A DNA stretch of 64,000 bases from Desulfobacterales bacterium (GTDB taxonomy: Bacteria; Desulfobacterota; Desulfobacteria; Desulfobacterales; UBA2174). Positions 50,342-61,030 of the stretch are shown piece after piece (position 1 is the stretch's first letter; each line of letters begins with the position of its first letter). The stretch spans positions 320,001 to 384,000 of the forward strand of contig CAXXWC010000018.1 in assembly GCA_963668645.2 (NCBI GenBank), in the 5' to 3' direction. Made by a program: the position numbers and the translations under genes. The notes beneath the pieces were generated by a model. That model had not been told where the DNA came from and searched no databases. It saw only the letters and a program-made list of their open reading frames with translations.

Positions 50342-52432
50342 ATGCAGATTTTTCAAATGGTAAATATTTCAGAAGTGTTAATTCGGGAGATTGAGAAGAA
50401 AGAATTTGTTGTTCTTGAGGACTTGCTATATGAAGCGATTTTTCAACCTGATATGATGAATCCAATTCCTCGTAGTGTAATTGATATACCTGAAGTTCGG
50501 GTATACATAAAAGATTTTAGTCATAAGAAAGATGATTATTGTTTAGTCGCTTTATCCAATGGGCAGATAATTGGGGGTGTTTGGGTTCGAATCTTAGCTG
50601 ATGATATCAAAGGTTTTGGCAATATAGATGATAAAACCCCTGAATTCGTTATATCAGTATTCAAAAAATTTCAGAATCAAGGTGTTGGCAAACTTCTAAT
50701 GGCGGAAATGATTTCATATCTGAGAAAAAATGGATATAGCCAGGCATCCTTAAGTGTTCAAAAAGAGAACTACGCAGTAAAGATGTACAAAAATTTTGGA
50801 TTTAGAATAGTAAGAAAAAACAATGAAGATTATATCCCTACAACGCAACTAAAGGTTATTTGACAATCTCAGCCAGTCGCTTTTTCCGGTGCGATAGATA
50901 GGCACGGTGGTTTTTATCTTGCACCCAGATGATTTGCGCAATCAGGGTGTCGAGTGTGTGTTTGCGCATGGGTAGTAGCAGTCTGATCAGCACTCTAAGC
51001 TGCGACAGCGTAATAGATGGTGCTTTTTTTCCCCAACCTGATTTTCAGGTGCCAGAGGAAAAAGTGGGCCATTATGCACGTGAGTATGTGGTGGTGCCAG
51101 CCCGGAAACTTTCTGACCTCATAGTGATCCATGCCCAGTTCGGTTTTGGTTTCCTCGAAACACTGCTCGATGGCCCAGCGCATCCCGCTTAGCCAAATCA
51201 GGGGCTTGAGCCGAATGCTGGGGGAGGCGTTGCTGATATAATAGGAATAGTGCCGATCCTCCCCGAGGGTGCGCCGGATCAGCAACCAAGCGGCTTTCCC
51301 AGGCATCTTATCGGCTGGAAGGATGATCCTGCGCCGGGTGAATTCATAAACGATCGGCCCCTTGGTGCCTTCGGAAACCTCGCGGCGGTACCAGAAATAG
51401 TCGTTGATGTTTTTTGCCAACGCCTCGACGCTCATCGGTTTGCTGTCGGCATCGGCCAGCACGGTTTTCGTCCGGGTCGTTCCGCCCCATCGATACTGTC
51501 GGGTAATAGTCATGGGTTTCTTGAGCCAGCACAAGGTCGTCTTGGTCACCGATACCAGGTAGGTCGTATCCGGCAACGATTCCACAGCGCCGATGAATTC
51601 CGGACTCATACCGTAGATCGAATCGGCCAGTACATATTTGAACGGCAGCAGCTTTTCCCGGCGGATTTCTTCAAGCATTTCGGCGGCAAGCTGCGGCTTG
51701 GTCCGAAAAACGACATCCTCCGGCATTTTACACTTTTGCCTTCGCAGGGCATGTTCATCCGAAAACCATTTTTCGGGTACAAACAGCCGCTTGTTGACCA
51801 AGGCATATCCTTTTTCGGAAGCGTAGGCGGCAAAGACGCCGACCTGGCAGTTGTCGACTTTGCCAATGTTGCCGCAGTATTGGCGGGCGACTCCCACGGA
51901 TTCGTCTCCCTTTTTGACAAAGCCGCTCTCATCGAAGATCAGGACGCCATCGGGGCTTCCGAGATCGTCATTTACAAGACTACGATATTTGATTTCGATA
52001 TTTGTGTCATCCCAAGGTGCTTCACTGACAAACCGTTGCAATGCCCTGACATTTCCATTTTAGACGGCAAGGGCGATTGGTTCAATGGATTTTCTTTCCA
52101 ACGGGCTGAACTGCCCAACCATGTAATTGAAGAAATGTTCTCTGGACTCACTGCGTTGGAAACAATCGTAAAACTGTTCATGAAAGCCTCTGAGTTCGCT
52201 CATGAAATCTTTGATATCACCCCGAGCGAGATCAAATTTTGGAACATCGTATAGGTATTCGTCATGACGGCAACTGGGTAGCATGGTCTGCCTCCTATAT
52301 GTGGGTTGTTGCGTAGTATGGCAGGATGCTACGAAAAAATCAAGTGTTAATCATAACAAGTTGCGTTGTAGGGATATAATGTTGCTGAATTTGGTAGATG
52401 AAATAAACCACAGTACAAAATCAATCCGCTAA
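50342..52432 (+). pseudogene. Cassette gene: GNAT acetyltransferase split near its 3' end by IS701
   Basis: FQNQGVG, SLSVQKEN.A..MY..FGF; removing IS plus one ATAT gives ...EDYIMLLNL...IR* ending in R''. Confidence 0.85.
50836..52373 (-). mobile_element. IS701-family element; transposase has an in-frame TAA at 52060-52062
   Basis: IR CCCTACAACGCAACT; ATAT TSD; DESGFVKKG..SVGVARQYCG, WAIEQCFEE; GGGAAAAAAA slippery site. Confidence 0.92.
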
Positions 52433-52553
52433 CAATCCACTGCAGGACGACCCGGGGGATAGCGGCTTTTCGAAAGTGCTTGGTTTTGGAAAAAATTGGA
52501 CTTCGACAACCTGCTCGGCTATATGCCCCGGTCGGCTGAGCTACGCGTTGGCA
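52427..52553 (+). other. attC site 4 (long)
   Basis: CGCTAAC..CGACCCGGGG/CCCCGGTCG..GTTGGCA; R'' complements GTTAGCG at 50321. Confidence 0.8.
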
Positions 52554-52593
52554 AAAACATATGACAAATTCGAGGAAAGATGAGGAGTCTCAA

Positions 52594-52766
52594 ATGGTAA
52601 AACATGATCCACAATGTGTGAAATGCACCGTTCTTCGATGTCGTTCCAAAGAAGAGGACAAAAAGGTTCCATCATTCTGCCCAACAGAAAAGTATCGTGG
52701 CTTAGTCGGTGAAACATTAGAAAAATTGATGCTGCCCGAAAACCAAGCCGTAAATATGGCCTGGAT
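52594..52766 (+). pseudogene. Truncated duplicate of the DUF1847 cassette gene
   Basis: Near-identical to 62980 onward until cut by IS1634. Confidence 0.9.
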
Positions 52767-54785
52767 CTTGCATTTCGCTCTTTGAAAAAGTGTATTCTTG
52801 ATTTTTTCGGATCTCAACTTGACCCCGGCATTTCGGCGATTTAGTGATAGAGACGGGTTGCGCCGCGTTTAGCTTGAGTCAGCCAGGTATTTATAGGAGA
52901 AGCATTCCCGGGGCACCTCCAAGACTGTTATGATTTCGCTTTGCAAGGCGGTTAGTTTCGAGACAAAACCGTAAGTGGTGCCGCTGGGTCCATGCATCGC
53001 CCCTTTGACAACATGTTCGAAGGCGGCCAGCAGGTGTTCGGCTTTCGGGTTGCGCACATCTTTGCGGTTGGGCATCAAGTCATCCAGCCCGCGGTCGCGC
53101 TGTTGGATGTTGATCCGAGCGGTTCTCTCGACCAGGACCACGATCTGCAGGGCAATTTTGAAAAGGAACAGATACGCCTCGATGCGCTCCGGGCGGTGCA
53201 GATAGATCGGCTTCAGATCGTAGGGACCTTTAGCGCGCCGGAAGGTATGCTCGTTTCGGTACTGGCCCTTGTGCTGGACCATGGCCTGCTGGATGCTCAA
53301 CTGTTCGGCATCCACGTCGGTCAACAGCGGATAATATCCACAGCGGTCCTGCGCGGCGGTAAAGACCGCCTGGTCAAAGTGGACCTGGATATCGAACAGA
53401 TCGCTGTGCACGGCCACCTTCTCGACGACCTTGCCAGCCGAGGGGCGTCCTCGGCCTTTGTATTTGTAGGTCACCAGGGCCTGGTAGTCGATGCGGTAGC
53501 TGAAAAAGTCTGCGGTACCGTATTTTGCCAAGATGGCATCTCAGGCCTTTTGGATCTGTTCTTCGGTTTTCGGCTTGCGTCCGTTGAGTTTGCCCCGGAG
53601 CGCTTCCAGGGCCTCTTTTGTCTGCTCGACACGCCGCTGCAGGTTCTGTCGTTTGGTCTGGGCCACGGCTTGATCGAAGATGATGATCATCCGTAGCCGG
53701 TAGTCCTTTTTGAGGTGCCGTACGACCATCGGGACCTCAAAACCCCGATTGAAGCGGCCCTTGTGAGGGATCAGGATTTCCCGGTCATGGTCGGCAACGG
53801 CGGCCTCAAAGTGTTCGGCAAAGCTTTCATACATGGGGACCGGGGCCAGAAAGTGGCCGCCGTTATCAATGATCGCGGCGATGTTGGCCCCGCTGATCAG
53901 CTTGCAGTCGGCCACGTAGAGAAAATCGGTCCGGTCCAGCAGGTCGATCAGGCGCTGCCACTGTTCGACATAGGTGGTCACATCGGCGGTGTTGCCGCTG
54001 TAGGCCTGTGAAAAGAGGGGAAAAGCACTGTCGTCACTGACCGACATCGACCAGATCAGCTGCTTGAGGTCGTCGCGGTGCTTTTTGCTGTGACCGAAGG
54101 TGATCTGGATGCCTTCGGGCGACGGGGTGGCTTTCCCATTGCCATAATAAGAGGCCGAGGTGGTATCGTTATGGCATACGTCGGTTTGGATCTGCCAGGC
54201 CTCGATCATGTGGCGGGTGATTTCCAGCTCCAGGTTTCCGAGCCCGTGACGATGGAGGGCATCAAGGCTGTCGGCGAGCCGGTCGTCGAAGTAGGCCTCT
54301 GCCGGGATGCCGGCAAGGACGGTATCGAGCACGGTGCTTTGCCTGGCAAAGGGGCAGATGCGATAAAGCTGCATGACCTGGAACAAGATGGCGGTGATCA
54401 TGGCCACGGCGGCCTGGCCATGGGTCAGGACTTTTCGCCGGGGGTCGATGGTTACCGAGTCGTCGATGATGCGGGCGATGGCGGCTTTTTCTAAGTAATA
54501 TCGGAGTATTGGTGCGAAGCCGATGTTCTGGGTAACGACATCATCGACGATACTGGAAACCGAATCGGTTAAGGCCATAAGAAGTTCCTCCGTAAGTTAT
54601 TGGAAGTACTTCTCTTTTTTCATATAAAAATCTAGTTTGATTTCTGATAGTTACACCGTATTATAGGTAGAAGGGAACAATTAAAAAGCAAAAAGATAAG
54701 TAAATCAGAGATTATCGTTGAAATTTGACGATTTTCGGTGTTTTTCTAATTTTCAGGTTACAACTGGCAACAAGCGAAATCTGAG
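52767..54785 (-). mobile_element. IS1634-family element; transposase 52869-54578 has an in-frame TGA at 53541-53543
   Basis: Imperfect IR CTTGCATTTCGCT/CTCAGATTTCGCT; HNDTTS, FGHSKKHRDDLKQ, YVADCKL; no TSD. Confidence 0.85.
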
Positions 54786-54909
54786 TTACATTGAGGTCTT
54801 CTACAACCGAAAAAGACGACACTCATCGATTCATTACGCAATCCCGCAAGAATATAAGAATTTCCTCCTTGCGGCTTAACCTCGTGTCCACTTTTTCGGG
54901 GCAAGATCA
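54786..54909 (+). mobile_element. IS3-family 3' remnant
   Basis: YIEVFYNRKRRHS peptide and right end GTGTCCACTTTTTCGGGGCAAGATCA. Confidence 0.85.
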
Positions 54910-54972
54910 TAAATCAAATAAGATAAGAGTAATAATGATCTAAAAAAATTGGTTGATAGGGAGGCGCTAAAA

Positions 54973-57900
54973 ATGGCACGCATTGGAGATGATTCATGGG
55001 CACAGGGAAGGATTTCCCGTGCTAATCACAAGACAGAGACCAAGCTTGATCTTGATCACACGACGCTCATATCAGAGTTATGGTCTCTGGATGGGTATAC
55101 GCAGTGGCAATACCTAGGCATAGCGAACCAGAAATTAACTAAGTTGCCACAATCCCTTGCCCAATTTAAAAAATTAAGAGATTTAAATCTGTCTAACCAT
55201 CAGTTGACTACGTTACCAGAGTGGTTGGGAGAGCTTCCGGATCTACAGACCCTGATTCTGGACAATAATCGTGTGACTACCCTGCCTAGAACGCTGGTTC
55301 ACCTGCATGTATTGGATCTCCAGAACAATCAGCTAACTGATCTTCCAGAAACGCTGGAGTACATTACACAATTAAAAGTTTTGCATCTTGAAAATAATCA
55401 ATTAACTATCTTATCAGATATGATAGGAAACCTCAAGCAGCTACAAACACTCTGTCTTCAAAATAACAGACTGACAATCTTGCCAAATACATTTAGACAT
55501 CTTAATCAGTTACGAATATTGCACCTCGGATACAACAATTTCATCTCAGTGCCAGAAAGTCTGGAGCAACTTGCGCAATTGCAGGAACTATACTTGGATC
55601 ATAACCAGTTGATTGATCTCCCTGCATCGTTAGGCCAATTCACCGATTTACAGCGATTACATCTTAACCACAACAAACTAACCTCAATTCCGGAAGCATT
55701 AGGATATCTTTCGCAGTTGAAAAAATTGTATCTTCAAAGCAACAAATTAACAAACATACCGAAAAATATAAGTAAGCTCAGCCAGTTACGTGTCTTGAAT
55801 CTCGGATCAAACAATATGACAGCAGTGCCTGAGACATTGGGGTTACTAACACAATTGCAGGAACTAGACCTTTCTTATAATCAACTGGCTGATCTTCCTG
55901 CTTCATTAGGGCAACTTGAATATTTAAGTTCTCTTCGCCTTGACCGAAATCCTTTGAATCCTGAACTGGCCGCGGCTTATGAACATGGAGTGTTTGCAGT
56001 TAAGGCATATCTCCGAGCTAAAATAGAAGCACAGGTGGAATTGAACGAAGCTAAACTGATTTTAATCGGTGAGGGTGAAGTTGGTAAGAGTTCTCTATTA
56101 AATGCTTTACGAAACGGAGAATGGATCGAAGGGCGTCCTACGACCCACGGTATCGAAATCAAGCCTGTACATGTGACAGATCCAGATAGTGGTAAAGAGA
56201 TAATGCTGAATGGTTGGGATTTCGGTGGACAACAGATTTACCGTCCTACCCATCAGCTCTTTTTTAGTGCGCCTGCCGTTTATCTGGTGGTCTGGAAACC
56301 ACGAGAAGGATCTAATCAGGGGTTTGTGGACTACTGGATCACTCTTATCAAGCATCGGGCTGGTGAGGGAGCCAAAATAATCGTCGTCGCCACTCATGGT
56401 GGTCCTGGTCATAGACAACCAGATATTGATCAACAAGAATTGCATGACAAATTCGGTAGTGAAACAATTATAGACTTTTTTCATGTAGACAGCAAGCCTG
56501 ATAATACTGGTAAATCAAAGGGCATTCAGAAACTTAAAGATGCTATTGCCAGCATAGCTGCAAAACTTCCAGAGATGGGGTATTTAGTCCCCGAGAAATG
56601 GCAACTTGCAAAGGAGGCACTGCAAAAAGCAAAAGCGCCTTACTTACCCTACAATAAGGTTAGTGAAATCTGCCGCAAATATGGTATGGATGAGGTACAG
56701 GTAGATTTGTTTCTCAAAGTCTACCATACTCTTGGTCATTTTATTCATTACCATTATGATCCAATGTTACATGATATTGTAATCCTCAAACCCGATTGGC
56801 TGACTAAAGCAATTAGCTTTGTTCTAGATGATGAAGAGACTCGTTCCCGTCATGGGTTGGTGGACTTTGAACAATTGAGTCGTTTATGGAATGATCCTCG
56901 ACGAGGAGACGAAGAACATTATCCGTTGGCAGTTCATCCAATGTTTCTTAAACTAATGGAACGTTTCGATCTGTCATACCGTGTTGTGTTGCCAGACAAA
57001 TCTGTTACTAAAAATGAAAAAATTTCAGAAAGTTGGCTTTTAAAGAAAATTAGAGCTTCTATAGCCGAACTTTTTAATACAAAGAGAGGTGCAGGCTTAA
57101 ACGATCTCTGCCGCACCATCCTGATTGCCCAACTTGTGCCAGACACTCGACCAAAATGCTTGAAAAACTGGAAAGATGGGCCGGATTATGGAGAACGAGA
57201 GCAAATACAAATCTGCCACATTGTTGATAGGGAAAAGGGACAGCCCGCTATTGCAGAAGGATTGTTTTACCAATTAATCGTACGTCTACATAAATATTCG
57301 CTGGGGCGTGAAAACTACGAAGAAAGCGTTCATTGGCAACGAGGTTTAATGCTGGATGATAGCTATAACGGTCGAGCTCTTCTAGAATATATAGGAACAG
57401 ATGTCAAAATTACTGTACGGGCTGCATATCCGGAATTTTATTTATTCGAATTGACCAAAGAGGTTGACTGGCTGGTAGAGCATTTTTGGGAAGGCCTGCG
57501 CTGTGATACAATGGTCCCATGTACTGGTCCTTGCGGTCTCGGTAAACCTGGTCTTGGTTTGTTTGAAGTGAAAAAATTAATCGAAAGTAAACGTCAAGGT
57601 ATGTCCAAATTTCCCTGCATGGTTTCAGGATGTAATCAATGGCTTGATATTGACAGCCTGCTTAGAAATTCGGCTGCAGAAAACAAGGCAATGACTTTTT
57701 CAAATGAAGAGATTAATGACGTCAAACAGACTCTTGCAAAGGTGGTTCAAAATGAATTCAAGGTCAAAGATAATCGGGATCATAAACGATTCAAAGTTCT
57801 GACTCAAAATCAACGGACTATCATGAGCCGGGTAGACCAGCAATTTTCTACATTACTTCATGTTTTTGCTGATGAAGCCAAAGAAGGGCCCCGCCTGTTT

Positions 57901-58434
57901 AGCTTCCAGCCAGTGGAACCAGGATTTTTCGAACGACCAACCTGGGTCAGTGCGAAGTTCTGCTTGACCCTTTGGTGTGAACACTCGCGGAAGCCATTAC
58001 CTGTGCTAAACGTCAAAAATCCTAAACAAGGAGTTTATGAATTAACAATACCTAAAGAATGGCTTATAAAGGCCGCACCATATTTTAAATTTGTGGTAGC
58101 AACTCTAAGCTTGGTTCTGCCTGTGGCAGTCTCAACTGCAAAATTCGCTCTGGATAATACTACTTATAATAGTATTCAAAAAGAATTGGATCTTGGGCAG
58201 AAAAGTCTTGATTTTAGTATTAAAAGCGGTACAAAAGTAGCAGATTGGTTAGGACAAGGTAGTGCCTCTGCCGATTGGGAACATGGCGAAGCTATCTGCG
58301 CTCAAGGTGCACTTTTACGAGAGATGCATGTTCTACTACGAGAAAAAGATCCTGGTTTTGGAGGTTTGGTACGTGTCCAAAATAAACGGCGTGAATTTTT
58401 ATGGGTGCATCCGTGGTTTGTGGAGGAATATTAA
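54973..58434 (+). CDS. Bacterial Roco protein (LRR-Roc-COR plus C-terminal extension)
   Basis: About 12 LRRs of 23 aa, GEGEVGKS, THGI, WDFGGQQIYRPTHQLFF, ILKPDWL. Confidence 0.92.
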   Translation: MARIGDDSWAQGRISRANHKTETKLDLDHTTLISELWSLDGYTQWQYLGIANQKLTKLPQSLAQFKKLRDLNLSNHQLTTLPEWLGELPDLQTLILDNNRVTTLPRTLVHLHVLDLQNNQLTDLPETLEYITQLKVLHLENNQLTILSDMIGNLKQLQTLCLQNNRLTILPNTFRHLNQLRILHLGYNNFISVPESLEQLAQLQELYLDHNQLIDLPASLGQFTDLQRLHLNHNKLTSIPEALGYLSQLKKLYLQSNKLTNIPKNISKLSQLRVLNLGSNNMTAVPETLGLLTQLQELDLSYNQLADLPASLGQLEYLSSLRLDRNPLNPELAAAYEHGVFAVKAYLRAKIEAQVELNEAKLILIGEGEVGKSSLLNALRNGEWIEGRPTTHGIEIKPVHVTDPDSGKEIMLNGWDFGGQQIYRPTHQLFFSAPAVYLVVWKPREGSNQGFVDYWITLIKHRAGEGAKIIVVATHGGPGHRQPDIDQQELHDKFGSETIIDFFHVDSKPDNTGKSKGIQKLKDAIASIAAKLPEMGYLVPEKWQLAKEALQKAKAPYLPYNKVSEICRKYGMDEVQVDLFLKVYHTLGHFIHYHYDPMLHDIVILKPDWLTKAISFVLDDEETRSRHGLVDFEQLSRLWNDPRRGDEEHYPLAVHPMFLKLMERFDLSYRVVLPDKSVTKNEKISESWLLKKIRASIAELFNTKRGAGLNDLCRTILIAQLVPDTRPKCLKNWKDGPDYGEREQIQICHIVDREKGQPAIAEGLFYQLIVRLHKYSLGRENYEESVHWQRGLMLDDSYNGRALLEYIGTDVKITVRAAYPEFYLFELTKEVDWLVEHFWEGLRCDTMVPCTGPCGLGKPGLGLFEVKKLIESKRQGMSKFPCMVSGCNQWLDIDSLLRNSAAENKAMTFSNEEINDVKQTLAKVVQNEFKVKDNRDHKRFKVLTQNQRTIMSRVDQQFSTLLHVFADEAKEGPRLFSFQPVEPGFFERPTWVSAKFCLTLWCEHSRKPLPVLNVKNPKQGVYELTIPKEWLIKAAPYFKFVVATLSLVLPVAVSTAKFALDNTTYNSIQKELDLGQKSLDFSIKSGTKVADWLGQGSASADWEHGEAICAQGALLREMHVLLREKDPGFGGLVRVQNKRREFLWVHPWFVEEY

Positions 58435-58449
58435 GGGTAAAGGGACTTC

Positions 58450-58535
58450 CAACTCGGCCACAACGAACGCGATCCCAAAAATCCCCAAGACGGTCGCCAA
58501 AATCATCCACAACTTTGGGCGCACCGATCAGCTCT
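58450..58535 (+). mobile_element. Probable IS1634-type transposase N-terminal fragment
   Basis: QLGHNERDPK / VAKIIHNFGRTDQL across a frameshift. Confidence 0.55.
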
Positions 58536-58618
58536 GTCAGGTGTTCGCTACGCCGTCGAGCGGGGAGAACGGATTGCAACAGAACGCAGGTTGATACTTG
58601 ATGAGAATTAGTTGTTTT
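58529..58618 (+). mobile_element. C-terminal remnant of a Y1/RAYT-like transposase element; right end continues at 61772-61785
   Basis: SGVRYAVERGERIATERRLILDEN*; paralogous to about 62305-62390; ends AACATCGTCCC. Confidence 0.55.
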
Positions 58619-58982
58619 GGCTCTTCGCTGTTTCGTGTGGGTGGATTTGGTTTGCGAGGGACCTCGACCTGGGTTAGAGTTGCCGCATTATGAAAGAGAC
58701 TGATCTTCTACAAAAAGCGTTAGGGCTGGCGGATCCATGGAAAGTGGTTTCCGTCAATTTTGATTCAGCCAAGGGACGGTTGGACATCGAAATCGATTTC
58801 GAAAAGGGTGCCACATTTGATTGTCCGTCTTGCGGTGTGGCCGGGTGTAAGGCCCATGATACTGAGTTCAAGGATTGGCGGTGTCACTGGTAATGCAAAA
58901 ATGTACCAAAAAAGGGAATGAAAAGTGTACCACCTCCGTGGCCGGATCATGGTAGGACCCTCCAAGAAAGGAGGGCTTCGCC

Positions 58983-60257
58983 ATGATCGCAAGGGAGGTC
59001 TTCATGGACATTCTTTCCTATTACCGCCAAGGGTTGTCTCAGCGAGCCATCTCGCGAAAGCTTGGCATTCACCGCGACACGGTAAAAAAGTATATCTCTC
59101 AGCCCCAGGCGCCGGAGTACTCAAAAACCAGCAAAAGGGAGTCGATCCTGGCGCCGTTCTACCAGATGATTGAAGACTGGCTGGCCCAAGATGACTATCG
59201 GGCTGCCTGGATCTTCCAGAGGATCAAAGATCTTGGATATTCAGGCAGCTACGATACGGTCAAGCCGTTTGTGCGATCCATCAAAGCCCGCAACCGGCGC
59301 CAGGCCTACCTGCGCTTCGAGACCGTGCCCGGGCTCCAGGGGCAGGTCGATTGGGGCGATTTCAAGGTCAGTGCGGCCGGCGCCGTGGATCTGACGCTTT
59401 ACCTCTTTGTCCTCGTATTAGGCTTTTCGCGCGCCATGTATGCCGAATTCGTCAGCCAATGCACCCTCCAAGCATTCATGGATGCCCACATACACGCCTT
59501 TAAATACCTGTGCGGTGTGCCTTTCGAGCTGCTCTACGACAACATGCGCAACGTCTTTTCCGGCCGTCAGAACGCAAAGCCGGTCATCAACGTCGAGTTT
59601 ACGCATTTTGCCAACCACTACGGTTTCAAGCCGATCCTCTGTGCGCCTTACAGCCCCTGGGTCAAGGGAAAGGTGGAACGGCCGATGGACTACATCCGCG
59701 AAGCCTTCTGGAGAGGCTACCGCTTTACCAGCCTGGAGGCGGCCAACCACGATCTTCTACAGTGGCTTTCCCAGACGGCCAACCGGCGCACACACGGCAC
59801 CCACCGCCAGCCGGTGGACATGCGCTGGCAGCAGGAGGTCAAGAGCCTCAGCCCGGTCATGCCCGACTACGACACCGCCATCAAGGTCTATCGCAAGGTC
59901 TACAAGGACTGCATGGTCTCCTACAACGCCAGCCGCTACCAAGTCCCTCCGGAAGCGGTGGGCAAGAAAGTGTTGTTGAAGATCAAAGACGGCGCCGTGC
60001 GGATTTACGACGACGACCGGCTGCTCAAGACCTATGCCCAGAGCGATGAAAAGGGCCGATGGATGACCGATCCGGCCATCATCAAGCAGATCCTCGATCT
60101 GCGCCGCGAACAGCCCTGTCAGCCGCCCTACGGCCGCCCCAAGGGCAAAGCCACCCGCGGCCTAGTCAACGCCAGTCTCTTTCCCCAGGTAGCCTGTCGG
60201 CCGCTGTCCGAGTATGAACAGTTTGCCCAGAAAGGAGGCGGGGTATGGACCAGCTGA
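58983..60257 (+). CDS. istA: IS21 transposase
   Basis: RFETVPGLQGQVDWG, YDNM, KGKVER. Confidence 0.95.
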   Translation: MIAREVFMDILSYYRQGLSQRAISRKLGIHRDTVKKYISQPQAPEYSKTSKRESILAPFYQMIEDWLAQDDYRAAWIFQRIKDLGYSGSYDTVKPFVRSIKARNRRQAYLRFETVPGLQGQVDWGDFKVSAAGAVDLTLYLFVLVLGFSRAMYAEFVSQCTLQAFMDAHIHAFKYLCGVPFELLYDNMRNVFSGRQNAKPVINVEFTHFANHYGFKPILCAPYSPWVKGKVERPMDYIREAFWRGYRFTSLEAANHDLLQWLSQTANRRTHGTHRQPVDMRWQQEVKSLSPVMPDYDTAIKVYRKVYKDCMVSYNASRYQVPPEAVGKKVLLKIKDGAVRIYDDDRLLKTYAQSDEKGRWMTDPAIIKQILDLRREQPCQPPYGRPKGKATRGLVNASLFPQVACRPLSEYEQFAQKGGGVWTS

Positions 60258-61030
60258 TTAGCGACCGTCTGCGGGACAATCTGCAGCGGCTCAAGCTCAC
60301 CCAGGCGGCTGATGTTCTGGACTCGGTCCTCTCCCAGGCCGAGGCCGAAAAGGGCTCGTACCTGTCGTTCCTCGACCACCTGCTGGAGGAGGAAGTCGCG
60401 GCCAAGGAAAAGCGCCGGGTGCAAACCGCCATGAAAACCGCCGGCTTGCCGGCCGCCAAAACCATCGACGCCTACGACTTTACTTTCCATCCGGATCTGA
60501 ACAAAAAGGAGGTGATGACCCTGTTCGATTTGGACTTTATCGCCAAGCATGAAAATGTGATCTTTCTCGGGCCGCCGGGGGTGGGTAAAACCCATCTGGC
60601 CATCTCGCTGGCGACCAAAGCGTGCCATCACGGTTTCAAGGTCTATTTCACCACGATGGACACGCTGATGCGCAAGCTCAAGGAATCGCAGTCCCGGCAC
60701 AAGGCCTATCTGACCTCGCCGCTGGTGGTGGTCGACGAGGTGGGCTATCTGCCCATCGACAGCCGGGAGGCGTATCTGTTCTTCCAGTTCGTCTCCCATC
60801 GCTACGAGCGCAGCTCGACGATCATTACCTCGAACAAGAGCTTTATCGACTGGAAGGAACTGTTCGGCGACCAGGTGATCGCCACGGCCATTCTCGACCG
60901 GCTGCTGCACCACTGCCGCGTGGTCAACATCAAAGGACACAGCTATCGGCTCAGGAAACACAATTTTTCAAAGAACGAGTTCGGACGCCACCCGGTTCCG
61001 CCGGCAGCGGCCCAGGAGGCACGGAATTAA
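60245..61030 (+). CDS. istB: IS21 helper ATPase
   Basis: GPPGVGKT, VVDEVGY, AILDRLLHH, GHSYR. Confidence 0.95.
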   Translation: MDQLISDRLRDNLQRLKLTQAADVLDSVLSQAEAEKGSYLSFLDHLLEEEVAAKEKRRVQTAMKTAGLPAAKTIDAYDFTFHPDLNKKEVMTLFDLDFIAKHENVIFLGPPGVGKTHLAISLATKACHHGFKVYFTTMDTLMRKLKESQSRHKAYLTSPLVVVDEVGYLPIDSREAYLFFQFVSHRYERSSTIITSNKSFIDWKELFGDQVIATAILDRLLHHCRVVNIKGHSYRLRKHNFSKNEFGRHPVPPAAAQEARN

